Shown here: positions 49,024 to 60,200 of the stretch, piece after piece
How positions within the stretch are numbered: position 1 is the first letter of the stretch
Layout of the letters: the number at the start of each line of letters is the position of its first letter
Assembly: GCA_044892505.1 (NCBI GenBank)
Contig: CM097883.1
Span: 37,014,001 to 37,078,000, forward strand
Length of the DNA: 64,000 nucleotides
From: Schmidtea nova
Lineage: Eukaryota
Direction: 5' to 3'
The notes under the pieces: generated by a model
Database searches by the model: none
What the model saw: only the letters and a program-made list of their open reading frames with translations
Told to the model about the DNA's origin: nothing
Program-made: the position numbers and the translations under genes

Positions 49024-49599
49024 CTATAATGCAATTTTTGTTTGGTGTACAAGTTAATTTTAATTTTGATAACGATCAATTAAAACTACTATATGATATC
49101 TGCTTGCTATTGTGAAATTGCTTTACAGTCAGTAAAATCTGTAGTTGAGGCTTTTTGAAGTGGAAATACAAATTTATCAACATTTGATTTCACTTAAATG
49201 TTTATGGCCGATGAATAAAGTAAACCAAATAATTCACTTAGTAATCAGTTCAAAGAAAGCTTAATTCAAAATATCAAAGAAAAACGAACTATATACTCAG
49301 ATTTACTAGAATTCTTATATAATTGTTATAATATTGTAAAACATTATAACAAAGAATACGTTATATATATTCAAGTGTCTAAACGAATTCTATCTAAACA
49401 TATTTAGCCACTAATAGAACATTTGTTTGTTTTTAAAATAGCCAGTAATGACGTTGAAGGAATGTAAATTGAGTGTATAGAAACTAAAATAGTGCTAAGG
49501 TTAGGTTAAAGAAAGTTAGATATTGTAAAATTAAAATTATATAAGAATATAAATATTAATTAAAAATAATTATTTTTAGAAACCAATTTAATATAGATA

Positions 49600-52562
49600 T
49601 GTTGAGATAGAAACGGTTAAAAAAGCAGGAAGTAATAAATAAAATTAAATAATATAAAAGTAAAATGAAATAAAATAAAAAAACAGTTGAAAAAGAAGAA
49701 AAAACAATAATTATAACAAATTAAAAGAATATTAGCAAGTTAAGAGAATTAAACGGAATAAAAGTTAAAAAGTACAAAAATATGAAAAAAGTAAAGAAAT
49801 TAGAAAAGAAATATTTATTTTTAAAAATAAATATTTATTTATGAAAATAAATCAAAGTTTAGAAGAAAAACAGAGAATTAAATAAATAAATCAAAAATAA
49901 CTAATTATATAATCTGGCCAATCGCAGGCCCAAATCGATTTTGATTGGCTGACTAAGTGCTGAAATCAGTTCGAAAAAACACATACCAAAGAGCATAGTT
50001 AACCATTATTTTAACTGAATAAAACCTTTTTGTTATTTTAACCAACACATAACTCTTATTTTAAAAAAACGATTTTCAATTGCGATTACTTCAACCTGCA
50101 AACCCTTAGTGAAATCAATTTAAAAAAAATATTTTTGTGAGATAATTCTTAATTCGTGTCTGGATGCAATCAGAAGAAGATTGTAAGTAATTGTAATTTA
50201 CAAATATATATTTTAATTGAAATCTTATTTGTTTTGTTTATTGTGTTTTCTTTCATGTTTTATTCAAATTAAGTTTTTCGAGGTTGTGGACGACCAGATG
50301 GGTTTTGCCTCAAGTGTAAAACGGATGGCGTGATCGTCGGGTAATAATAATAAAGGTTACTGATCATAGTAGAGGCGAGGGTGCAGAAATTCGATGTTGA
50401 CCAGTCGAAACTAACAACGTGTCCCAGAAGTGAATTTATTACATTAAAAATTTCATATCTCGTGAGGAAAACCTTTACAAAACTCAGTAGTGCAGCAGAT
50501 GAGAAACTTAGGATAAATGAAATATGGGCAGTAGTCGTGAAGACAGATTCATTTAGATAATTTATTCCTAAAGTAAAATCCCATTTCTTTTAATTGCAAA
50601 GTGCCGATCTAAACAGAATTTTAATTTCACCAGCTAGGAAAATTTATTGTGATCGAATTAATAGAAACCCCATATCACCGGGAATGAAACAGTAATTGAT
50701 ATTGATAGAGAGCCTATCCCATACCACTAGCGTAAAATACCGATAGTGGTCAAGTAAAATTCCTTCAGAGAACATGCTGCTTGCGAAAGTAGAGAATACT
50801 ACAAAAAGGAGTCATTCAGCTAATTACCCCTGAGTAAAAATCAAATTACATTAAGTGCAGTCTGAATTTCCAACGCAAGCTAAATGGATAAAAGCTATCT
50901 CTCCATTATTACGCCTAATTATCGAGTGGGCGGATAATGGGCAGATAGTGTGTTGTTTCCGACTACCCATGATCAAATAGAGTAATTGCTCATAACGAAT
51001 ATGAGTGTGCGATCACCGAAAAATCGATTAATTGATTCAAAGGAGAGTGAGATAATTGCGACAGAAATTGCGAATCGTCAAGTGAGACCCTAATCCACCA
51101 TAATTAGGCCTTATCTGATTAACTAATAGAAAAATCCATTAGTGACCGAAATTTTCAGACATATTATATCCATTAAGTGCACTAATTTAGTGGAGACGAC
51201 CGAGTAAAATTAAATAGAAAAATGAATATATATAAAACTTAAATTAACAATTAATTTATAGAAACTTGACAAAGGAATAAGGAACCAATTCAATCACCGA
51301 TTTTCAGCTCAGGGGAGGAATGTAGATATAGAAAAAGAGATCGCTTTAGAGAGAGACAGAACGAAAATTACTTTTGGCGATACATTAAAAAAGAAATATC
51401 CCAACTGAGCTCGTCCAGGAGATCTTCAGAGAACACACAGAAACCTTCAAACAAATGGGCGAGTCTCCAAAGTCTAATATACACATTGATAGCCCCGACC
51501 ATATCATCTGGATCGGCGGTCTACCCAGCAGACAAACCTAAGTACTTCATCAAACCCAGAGCGACATCCCGTGTCTCGATGTGATACAATACCAAGGAAA
51601 TATTTCTGAAAAGAGTTCAGAAGGATCGGCAGGGAAATTTATAATCCCGATATGGATTCGCTTTAAACTAAGACATATTTTTATTGGAGACTCTGCTGGG
51701 CTCAACAGATCTTCTTTCCAAATACAGCATAAATATAAAAACAATTAAAAATTACAGTAAATATACTGTTCACTATTAAATGCTGAATCTTTTATTACAT
51801 GATAAATAATTTTTCTTTTACTTATGGTAAACTGAATAATTTTGGAAAATGATTAAATATGGAAATGATTAAAATAAATTTTGAACTGACTAAAATATTC
51901 TTGAAGGGGATTAAAATATATTTGAAAGGGATTAAAATATATTTGTAAATGATTAAATTAATATGAAAACCCTGTAACGTATTTTATATAATATTTTTAA
52001 ATTAAATTTTAAAAAATCTCATTCTGTAACCAATTGTTTAAATTGACCATTTCAAGGTCATCAAAAATATGACTATAGACAAGCATCAAATTCAGTGTAT
52101 CGATTTACTAGTAAGCGAAATTTTAGTCGCCATTTTGAATTTAATATAAATCTTGTTGATGTTAGTAGGTAATCGGATCATGCTCCAACTGGTAGTTATT
52201 TTATTTTGTATTGAAATCCTCGGTAATGCCTGTACAAGTAAATGTTTTAGTTAATAAATGTTTTGTTTCAGCCTTGTTTTATCGAGACATCCGAAGATTT
52301 TTAAAATCAACCACATACATTTTATTTATTTATTAACCAGCAAGGCAATAACTTAATACATATGACCTATCAGTGTAATGTTCTGTGGTCACACCAATCC
52401 ATTCAATCAAAGAGTGTTTTGGAGTATTATTGAATTTATTTGTAAAATTACTTAAAATTAAATTCGGGGAAACAAAAATAAAATTGATGAATAGGACACC
52501 GAGGTATTCTGCCTTTTGGTGTGGTTGCCGATTCTAACCATTTCGATATGTTATTTACTACA
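49600..52562 (+). mobile_element. Probable family X copy 3 (diverged, ~3 kb)
   Basis: Starts tgttgag; paired CCAAT boxes and aaatcagtt at 49915-49970; GC-rich mini-exon at 50280; gtgtaatgttctgtgg.cacac at 52374 shared with copy 1; 3' region resembles the end of copy 2. Confidence 0.5.
51307..51745 (+). pseudogene. Decayed ORF, possibly a distant ORF A homologue
   Basis: After acceptor ttttcag: ..TLKKK(I)PTELVQEIFREHTETFKQMGES..HIIWIGGLP; weak match to VPKDIQKQVERH / LPQPILRTI..IWVGG. Confidence 0.35.
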
Positions 52563-52563
52563 A

Positions 52564-52700
52564 TTTTGATCTATAGTCTTACCATATGAGGAATTATTGA
52601 CATTAATATTAAAAATAGATCAAAGGTGAAACAAAAAGATAATTATGATAATATAAAAAATAAAAATATTAAAAAATATTAAATTTTTCATAGTACAATA
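52564..52700 (+). repeat. 5' part of the ttttgatctatagt TIR element seen at 20489
   Basis: ttttgatctatagtc..atgag(g)aattattga..aaaa(t)agatcaaaggt shared. Confidence 0.8.
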
Positions 52701-52742
52701 TAGAAAAATTTAGTGTATATATATATATATATATAAATATAT

Positions 52743-55452
52743 GGTGCTAGGACAAAATGTCCGCGGACAAAATGTCACGGACAAAATGGCACGGGACAAA
52801 ATGGCACGGGACAAAATGGCACGGGACAAAATGGCAGGGGACAAAATGGCACGGGACAAAATGGCACGGACAAAATTTCCGCGGAAAAAATCGCGGGAAA
52901 AAAACACAGACAAATGTCACCATTATTATTCGCCCGGCCGGCTAGTAAAACATAAACCAAGCCAGGTTCCAACCAAAGACATTGACTGGGAGACGTCACT
53001 GCTTCTTATTTCCGTGTCAACTTAAAATTACTCAACTCTGCAATCTGGTGACAGATTTCTTGAACGCATTGGCATAAAATTTCTATAAACTAAGTAATTT
53101 CTAATTGAATAAAAAAGGTAGACACACTTAGAAAGTTATTTTCAGCTCGGAAGTTTTATTTCTATTTTTTATTAGTTCAAGTAATTCTGGTTGCATTATC
53201 AAAACATCTCATATTCTGTATAAAACTGCTACTTAGCTTCGAAATAATTTTATATGAAACGCCACAATGCAGATGAAGCAGCATATACATTTCTAAACGG
53301 GATAAAATGTATTATATCGCGGATTTGAATTCAAAAATGTATAGTCAAAATATCCCCATTATTCACATTTTAATTACCTATCTCGTCGCGGTGCGGTTAT
53401 TGTTATATACAAAGCAAGTTTTGGTTTCATCACGTGAGTACGTATTGGCCTCAGATTACAACACAGCTATGCAAATTAAAATTTACTTTACATATGATTA
53501 TTTGTGTCGCCTTAATAAATTAATGTTATGACTATAATAAGAGCATGCGCTCGATTTAAAATGAGGAGGCTGGCCTTATAAATATCTTTACACTATATAT
53601 AAACGCTTACAGAAACTATAATTTATAATATTACATGGACAACATATACATAATTTACATTATTTATTATCTTTAAATAAAAATTTATTTTTATATTTAA
53701 CTGTGTTTAAATAAATTAAATAAAGCTACCACAATGTTAGAATTCGTTACATCACAGAAAGGAAATAGTAAGCTTATCGTTCAAGGTTACTTTTTTACTA
53801 AGCATTCGGCGAACAATGATGGAAAAAGCTTTTGGCGCTGTGAAAAAAGAACGTGCACAGTGCGAGTGCACACAAAAGATGATGAAATTGTCCATGCTGT
53901 TGCAACTCACAACCACACGGTAACTCATGGTCAAGTAGAGGTCGAAAGAGCACGAGCCGGCATGAAAAGAGGTGAAACAACTGAAGAAAAAACACGATCA
54001 ATTGTTCAGAATGAATTGATGAATGTTCCAGTTTCAGCAGCGCATCTTCTTCCAAAACGAACAACATTGGCACGAGATGTACGACGACATCGTCAGAAGA
54101 TGGGACCAAACGATCACGATGATATAATGAGATATTCTTTGACGCAGAGCAACAGGCCTTTCATACGTATTAGGAGAGACGACATGATCATTTTCGCAGC
54201 TGAGGATGATTTGGAATTCCTTTCCAGATGTCAGCACTGGTTTGCTGATGGAACATTTCAAGTGAGTCCAAATGGATATGACCAACTTTACACGATTCAT
54301 GGTTTTATTAATGGCGGAGTTTTCCCGGTAGTATATGCACTACTATCTTCAAGAACAGAAGAAGCATATCAACATCTGCTTCAGGAAGTTCTTATATTGA
54401 AAGCAGGTCTGAATCCAGATTCAATTATGGTTGATTTCGAACTAGCAACAATTAGATCATTCCAGAAACCATTCCCGGCAACAACAATCACCGGATGCAT
54501 GTTTCACTTCGGTCAATGTCTTTGGAGGAAATTGCAAGCGGAAGGATTATCGGAACGTTACAGAAATGAACCAGATTTTGCACTTCTCATCAAACGACTT
54601 CTTGCTCTGGCATTCGTTCCACCACAGGATGTTATCGATTTGTTTGAACATTTACTCGAAGATCCAGCTTACCGTGACATAGAGGTTATCTGTGATTACA
54701 TGGAAGATAACTTCATTGGTAGATTAAGAAGAGCAAGAAGAGGGCCACCAAGATTCTCAATTCAACTTTGGAGTCAATTTTCTAGGGTAATCGATAAGCT
54801 GCCTCGCAGTAACAACGCAATCGAGGGTTGGCACAATGCATTCAACAACGTTGTCGGTTTCGCGCATCCGTCCACGACCAAACTTGCACGGAAACTACAA
54901 CAAGAACAACACAGCACTCAACTTCTTCGCCGTCAATTGGAACTGGGAACAACGGCTGGGAGGAAAAAGAAAACATACATCCGCGTCAACGAGGCATTGC
55001 ATGCCATGGTGACCGACTACAACAACCGAGATCCAATCACACATTTAGGAGACATTGCACGTGTTTTAAACATTAATGTTGTTTGACTTCATTAGTTATT
55101 TTCATTGATAAAGGACTCGATTATTTATTTTTAAAAGCGTTTTTAAAATAACCTAATAATGTTATAAGACTAAGCTATTTTATTAACTGAATATCTAACA
55201 CTAAATTAATATAGGCTAGATATAATTATTATAATAAAGTTAGATTAAATTTGATAAATGCATTATTGAAATATTTTCATTGTTTTTCTGTCTTATATTT
55301 TTTTCCGCAATTTTTTGTCTGTGAGTCCGTGACATTTTGTCCGTGACATTTTGTCCGTGCCATTTTGTCCCGTGCCATTTTGTCCTCATGACATTTTGTC
55401 CGTGACATTTTGTCCGCGGACATTTTGTCCGCGGACATTTTGTCCGGCCACC
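52743..55452 (+). mobile_element. Complete MULE/Mutator transposon with minisatellite TIRs
   Basis: TIRs ggtg..ggacaaaatgtccgcgg built of 13-14-bp ggacaaaatg(g/t)cac units; perfect 8-bp TSD aaatatat (52735-52742 / 55453-55460). Confidence 0.97.
53734..55086 (+). CDS. Intact MULE transposase (FLYWCH plus MULE DDE), 450 aa
   Basis: FWRCE..C..HNH; WFADGTF, IMVDFE, GCMFHFGQCLWRK, RSNNAIEGWH; no stops. Confidence 0.95.
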   Translation: MLEFVTSQKGNSKLIVQGYFFTKHSANNDGKSFWRCEKRTCTVRVHTKDDEIVHAVATHNHTVTHGQVEVERARAGMKRGETTEEKTRSIVQNELMNVPVSAAHLLPKRTTLARDVRRHRQKMGPNDHDDIMRYSLTQSNRPFIRIRRDDMIIFAAEDDLEFLSRCQHWFADGTFQVSPNGYDQLYTIHGFINGGVFPVVYALLSSRTEEAYQHLLQEVLILKAGLNPDSIMVDFELATIRSFQKPFPATTITGCMFHFGQCLWRKLQAEGLSERYRNEPDFALLIKRLLALAFVPPQDVIDLFEHLLEDPAYRDIEVICDYMEDNFIGRLRRARRGPPRFSIQLWSQFSRVIDKLPRSNNAIEGWHNAFNNVVGFAHPSTTKLARKLQQEQHSTQLLRRQLELGTTAGRKKKTYIRVNEALHAMVTDYNNRDPITHLGDIARVLNINVV

Positions 55453-56099
55453 AAATATATACCAGTCTTTACACTGCCTGGCTGTAAGATGCGAGGACGA
55501 ATATGTTACCGGCTTACAGTTTCCTAGTGAGTTACTCATTCGCCTGAAGTTTTGTCAAATCAAACTCGGTGCTCCCCAATTATTATTTTGTGAAACTCCG
55601 ATGTTTGAGTGAAGTGGTATAATGGGTACAAAAATACGGATGTCCATGTGTGATTTTGCAGAAAATCCTTATGTTATTTTATGTTTGCGCAAACTAAATT
55701 AGTCAAACCTAATCGTCATGCTACTGCAATGCGAGACTACATGCAGTTAATTTAACTTCTTGTGAACTGGGTTGCCTGTCGAAGTGCATTTATATAACAA
55801 TAAAATCTGTCGGTGTATTTATTCGTGTTCAATTTATATACTGTAGAAATTTGGATAAATGTCGATTCGCATTTTAATTGGTCAAACGGTATTTGAAGCC
55901 CTATGTATTCTCGATTATTATCATTAAAACGTTAAGCAGTCTATGGGCAGTTAATCGTTATTATTCCACAAATTTAGACTGAATGCCCATGTTTCTTTTA
56001 TTATGAATTTGTTTATCCTTATACTACTTGATGATGTCCTGTTTCGCGTATGGTAAATAAAATTAATTGAAATATCCACGCCTGGATTTACCTTTAGGT

Positions 56100-56629
56100 T
56101 GACAAGGCTGAAGCGGGGGCCCCAAATTCAGTATTATTATTATAAAAACTTATTACATCTTGAAATTATTTTCAGTTTATTATATTTATGTAAAAAGAGT
56201 AAAAGAATATTTAAATATATTTAATATAATACCTTTCTAAAGTAAAAATTTCACGAAAGCACAAGATCATTTTCAACATTATCTCGTGTTAAAAATCATA
56301 TAAGAAGCAGCACTGGACAAGACCGACTTAATGGCTACAGAATCTGAACTTTTCCGCGAAATGGATTTTGATTCCATTGTTGAAGATTTTGCAAAGAAAA
56401 AATATAGAAGGAAATGTTTCTAAATTAATGTTTTTTTTATTTATGAATTGTACTTCATGTCTAAATCTTTTATATATGAATAAATGTAATATTATTTTCG
56501 AAATTAAATTTTTATTTTAACTATATAACAGCAGGAAACAAATTAACCTTTTTGTTAAAAAAATATAAAAGGGCAGGTAAGATTTTTAGCGTTGGGCCTA
56601 CTGAGATGCCGGTTCCTGAGATGCCCTAG
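56100..56629 (+). pseudogene. hAT 3' remnant (dimerisation domain) next to a tagggcatct-family terminus
   Basis: SFSTLSRVKNHIRSSTGQDRL..MDFDSIVEDFAKKKYRRKCF* at ~56270-56423; gagatgcccta at ~56620 matches the TIR family of 24543. Confidence 0.75.
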
Positions 56630-56899
56630 GTGCAATTTAGTCTATCGTAACAACAATTTCAATGTCCTATGTTCTCGTTAATATCAAATACAACCAAAAT
56701 CTAAATTCATATATGTTTTTTGGGCTCACTACACTTTGCAAAAAATGTCTTGTTCGAAAATTTTGGTATCCTAGGTACGTTAAATTATTATCCATCTATA
56801 AAGTATGATGTAATATCTATCTACATTTAATTTACACAATTATAAAAATGATTTGAGTGTCATTATTCGTCCTAATAATTAAGGATGGGGAAAAGTTGG

Positions 56900-57800
56900 A
56901 AAACGTGCGCCAGGTTGCTCGTCCGCTCGACCAGTGGGTAACCGAATACCCGTTCACGCCACAATCTTCATGTGAAATAGCACTAACCTGTAAAATGATA
57001 TACTTTATTATTGCAGGAAGACGTAGATAACAGCAAGTGATCAGCAATGGCCGGTCGAAAATCATGCAGACTGTAGTCTCATGATTTACGACAAATAGAC
57101 GAACTGAATTATAAACGGAACGAACGGATAGTCGATTTCTGATTTAGATACCCGGGTAATATCCGACGGTCGGTTACCTGAAAAACCGGGTAACTGCTGA
57201 CAGGCTTAGTAATAATACGCCTAGGATAATGCGTATATGAAAAATACAATTATGGAATCGTTTGGAATGTCTCCTGGTAACTCTTCATTACACGTTTCAT
57301 TTGGGTAAAAAATATGAGGTGGCTATATGGTTATAGACTAGAGTATGAAAAAACTGAATATATTAATTCATTAATCAAAAATGAGTTGCCCTATGTGCAA
57401 TTTCCCCTCACATTACCGTTGGCGCCAGTCACCGCATCGGCACAATTCCCAAAAGAATCGCGACCGATAGGCCAACCCCCTTGTGGTCGACAACAACCAA
57501 GACTCACCTTAAGACATTTTAACCCGGGTGAGTATGAGGGGTTACTCACAATGAAAATAAAGTAAAACTCAACAAATACACAAAAAAGTTTTCAATTTCA
57601 CAAAAATGTATCTAGCCAATCAGGAGGCGTCTACTACTACTTTATTCTAAATATCTATATTTCTAATTTCAGGTATTTCCGGTTGCTGGTTCAATGTACA
57701 AGTAATAATTTAATAAATTGTACTTTTATTAGTGCGATTTATTCTGATTTTATTCGATTTTGTTTTAGATTTGCTTCCAACCCATACAGGTTCAACAGAA
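56900..57800 (-). mobile_element. Family X 5' fragment
   Basis: Minus strand aagtacaattt, cagcaaccggaaa, ctgattggct; ggttgttgtcgaccacaagggg..gcct matches the mini-exon at 50280. Confidence 0.55.
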
Positions 57801-59132
57801 AGTCAGCCCGCAAAGAAATATTTATGCACTTCCTCATCAGCAGAAGGTAAACGTCATTAGAAATGAAAGACAGTGGATAGCTAATCGATACACAAAGGAA
57901 GAGGACATCTCAGCACAACAAACAATATTTAGTGAAGTCTTGATTCGTAATGGATACCATAATATTAAAGAGATTAACAAAGTAAAATTCAACCAGAAAA
58001 GGCAGAAAGACCTACAAAAGGAAAAAAATATTTTTACCTTCGAATTCCTTTCCTCAATGACCGAATAAATTTTATGACCATCAGAGAACTTAATCTAACT
58101 GATCTTCCGATTCGTTTGGCACATAGATCTAAGACATTGAGGCAAGCCATAGCTAATGTAAGGTCCTCAATGCATGCGTCTTATTTTCCTTTGTATCTTG
58201 TATATATTGTAGTGTATGAAAAGGTTGCCGGTAGTTGTTATTTTTATGATTATGATTATGGTTATTCTTTTATGATGGTGGAAGCGCCGTCATTGTTACG
58301 GTCGGTGCCTTTGCGGCCACCGGGGACCCCCCTTTTTTTTTGTGTGTGTTAATTTTTTTATTATTATTTTAATTGCTATTATTATTATTTATAACATCAG
58401 AAATTCAAATATTTAATTTAAATATTTGATAGCTTACTATAGTAATAAACTATAGTAAGCTAATCACAAATAAATATTATTGATTTTTTAAAAGGATAAA
58501 AATTTATTAAAAAGCTGAAGCAACAGAACAGAAGCAATCAAAAATTAATTTCTAAAATCAAATCCAAGCCATAAACTACAAAACCAAAGAAAATAAATCC
58601 ATCAGAAAGAGGACAATTGAAAATCGAACAAATACAAAAGATATTAATTAGGAATAGAAATCAAAGAAATAATCCCCAATTCACAATTCGTCCTCTGCCT
58701 CAGCCTAGTTGCAAGGGTCAATTAACTATTAAAGATATTGTTGCAGTAGACAATCCACTATTAAAGATATTCTCCTCAATCTTGCTGCAATAGACAATAA
58801 ACTATTAAAGAGTATCATCCATCCGCCTTATCCCCACTATCAATATTCAAAGTAATAGTTCGTGGTTTTTTTTTTTGCTTTATTGTTTAACTTTTAATAA
58901 AATTGTATAACTCGTTTAATAGTTCTGTTTATTCTATTAATTTTATCATAATTTGCTATATTTAATTGTTGTAACAGCATATTAGCAAGAGCACTACATA
59001 GCACACACCCCGAGTGTCGACACATTGTTAACGTCTGACTCTCTCGGGCTCTACAATTTTTCTCCACCTTCACACGCAACAAATAAAAAACACAAACAAC
59101 AACCGCCCCAAGACTTATAACAGCTAACAACA

Positions 59133-59450
59133 CGAGAGAGGAAAATACATGTAAGATGGGAAATTGCCAAACTCCAAAGAAAATATGCTTTCGCAAGAAC
59201 ATTGTCTATAGCATCATGTGCAATAAATGCGAAGAAATTTACATCGGAAACACCCTTCAAAGAATTAAAGAACATCTTTATCATGGTGGAAAGTAATCTG
59301 TATATAGATATCTTCGCCAATGTCAGACAGAAAATAAGGAAAAATTAATATTAGTGAGAATATTGACAAACGAAAACGACGAAAAAAATTTAAGACTGAA
59401 AGAAGCTATTCTCATTAGAGACAAACACCCAAAAAATTCCGTTTGCCTGA
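59133..59450 (+). pseudogene. Penelope-like element GIY-YIG endonuclease remnant
   Basis: CKMGNCQTPKKICFRKNIVYSIMCNKCEEIYIGNTLQRIKEH..ILTNENDEKNLRLKEAILIRDKHP. Confidence 0.85.
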
Positions 59451-59479
59451 ACAAACTTTGGCTGTTTATTTGCTGCGCA

Positions 59480-60200
59480 TGTTGCCTTATATTTTCCTGC
59501 TCGCGTCTGTGTGCGCAGAGCTGTGTTTTTTGGTCTTTATCGCGTCTGTGTGCGCGTTATGTTCAGGGTTAAAATATCTGTCAGCGTCTGTGTGCGCTGC
59601 TATTTTCTTTATCGTGTGAGTGGAATTGGTAATTTTGGTTTTATTTAGATTGGATTTAATTGATTGATTAGATTTGTTTAAATAGTGGAATGGGGAAGTT
59701 TTAATTGTTCGAGAAATTTCGTTTTTTAGTTGGGATTTTTGGTAGCAGAGCGTGGTTCCCATCGGGGGACCACGTACCTTTTGGAGCTTGCAGACTATGG
59801 TTCTGGCTATCCAACCAGAACAAGGTACTTTTATGTAACATTTTTTATGTTTTATGTGAATTTTGTAAAATTTTGATGGTACTTTTGGATGAAACATTTT
59901 CCCCTCTGCCCTTTGCCATGTTTTGCGGTGGGTTGAGTCCTTTAAGGGACCGGAAAAGATGCTGCTATGGGCCCTAAATAGGAAGTTAGCGAAATCGCCC
60001 ACTAACTATCTTGTTAAAAAAACATGTGGTTCTACAAAGAAGAAAGTGAAAAAGGAAGAGAATAAAAAGGGGGAAGTGGAAAAGAAAGAGAATAAAAAGG
60101 GGAAGAAAGTGAAAAAGGAAGAGAATATTAAAGGGGAAGAAAGTGAAATAGCAAGAAAAGAAAAAATAGGAAGAAAAGAGATAGAACAGAGAATTTTTGG
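59480..60200. repeat. Three (g)cgtctgtgtgcgc units (59490-59600) and three ~33-bp aagaaagtgaaaaaggaagagaataaaaagggg-like units (60040-60140)
   Basis: Direct reading. Confidence 0.8.

Noticed and set aside
49600-51707. tgttgag...ctcaaca with gata/gatc flanks as a 2.1-kb element
   Set aside because: The TSD is imperfect and family X-like 3' sequence continues to ~52560, so the 51707 end is probably chance.
52710-53025. ORFs with MARDK / HGTKW / FCPVP repeats (also 55240-55539)
   Set aside because: They are translations of the MULE TIR minisatellite.
57230-57565. Plus-strand ORF MRWLYGYRLE.. and a GMSPGNSSLH similarity to the 51.4-kb ORF
   Set aside because: DNA homology shows this region is a minus-strand family X leader; the plus-strand match is short and likely chance.
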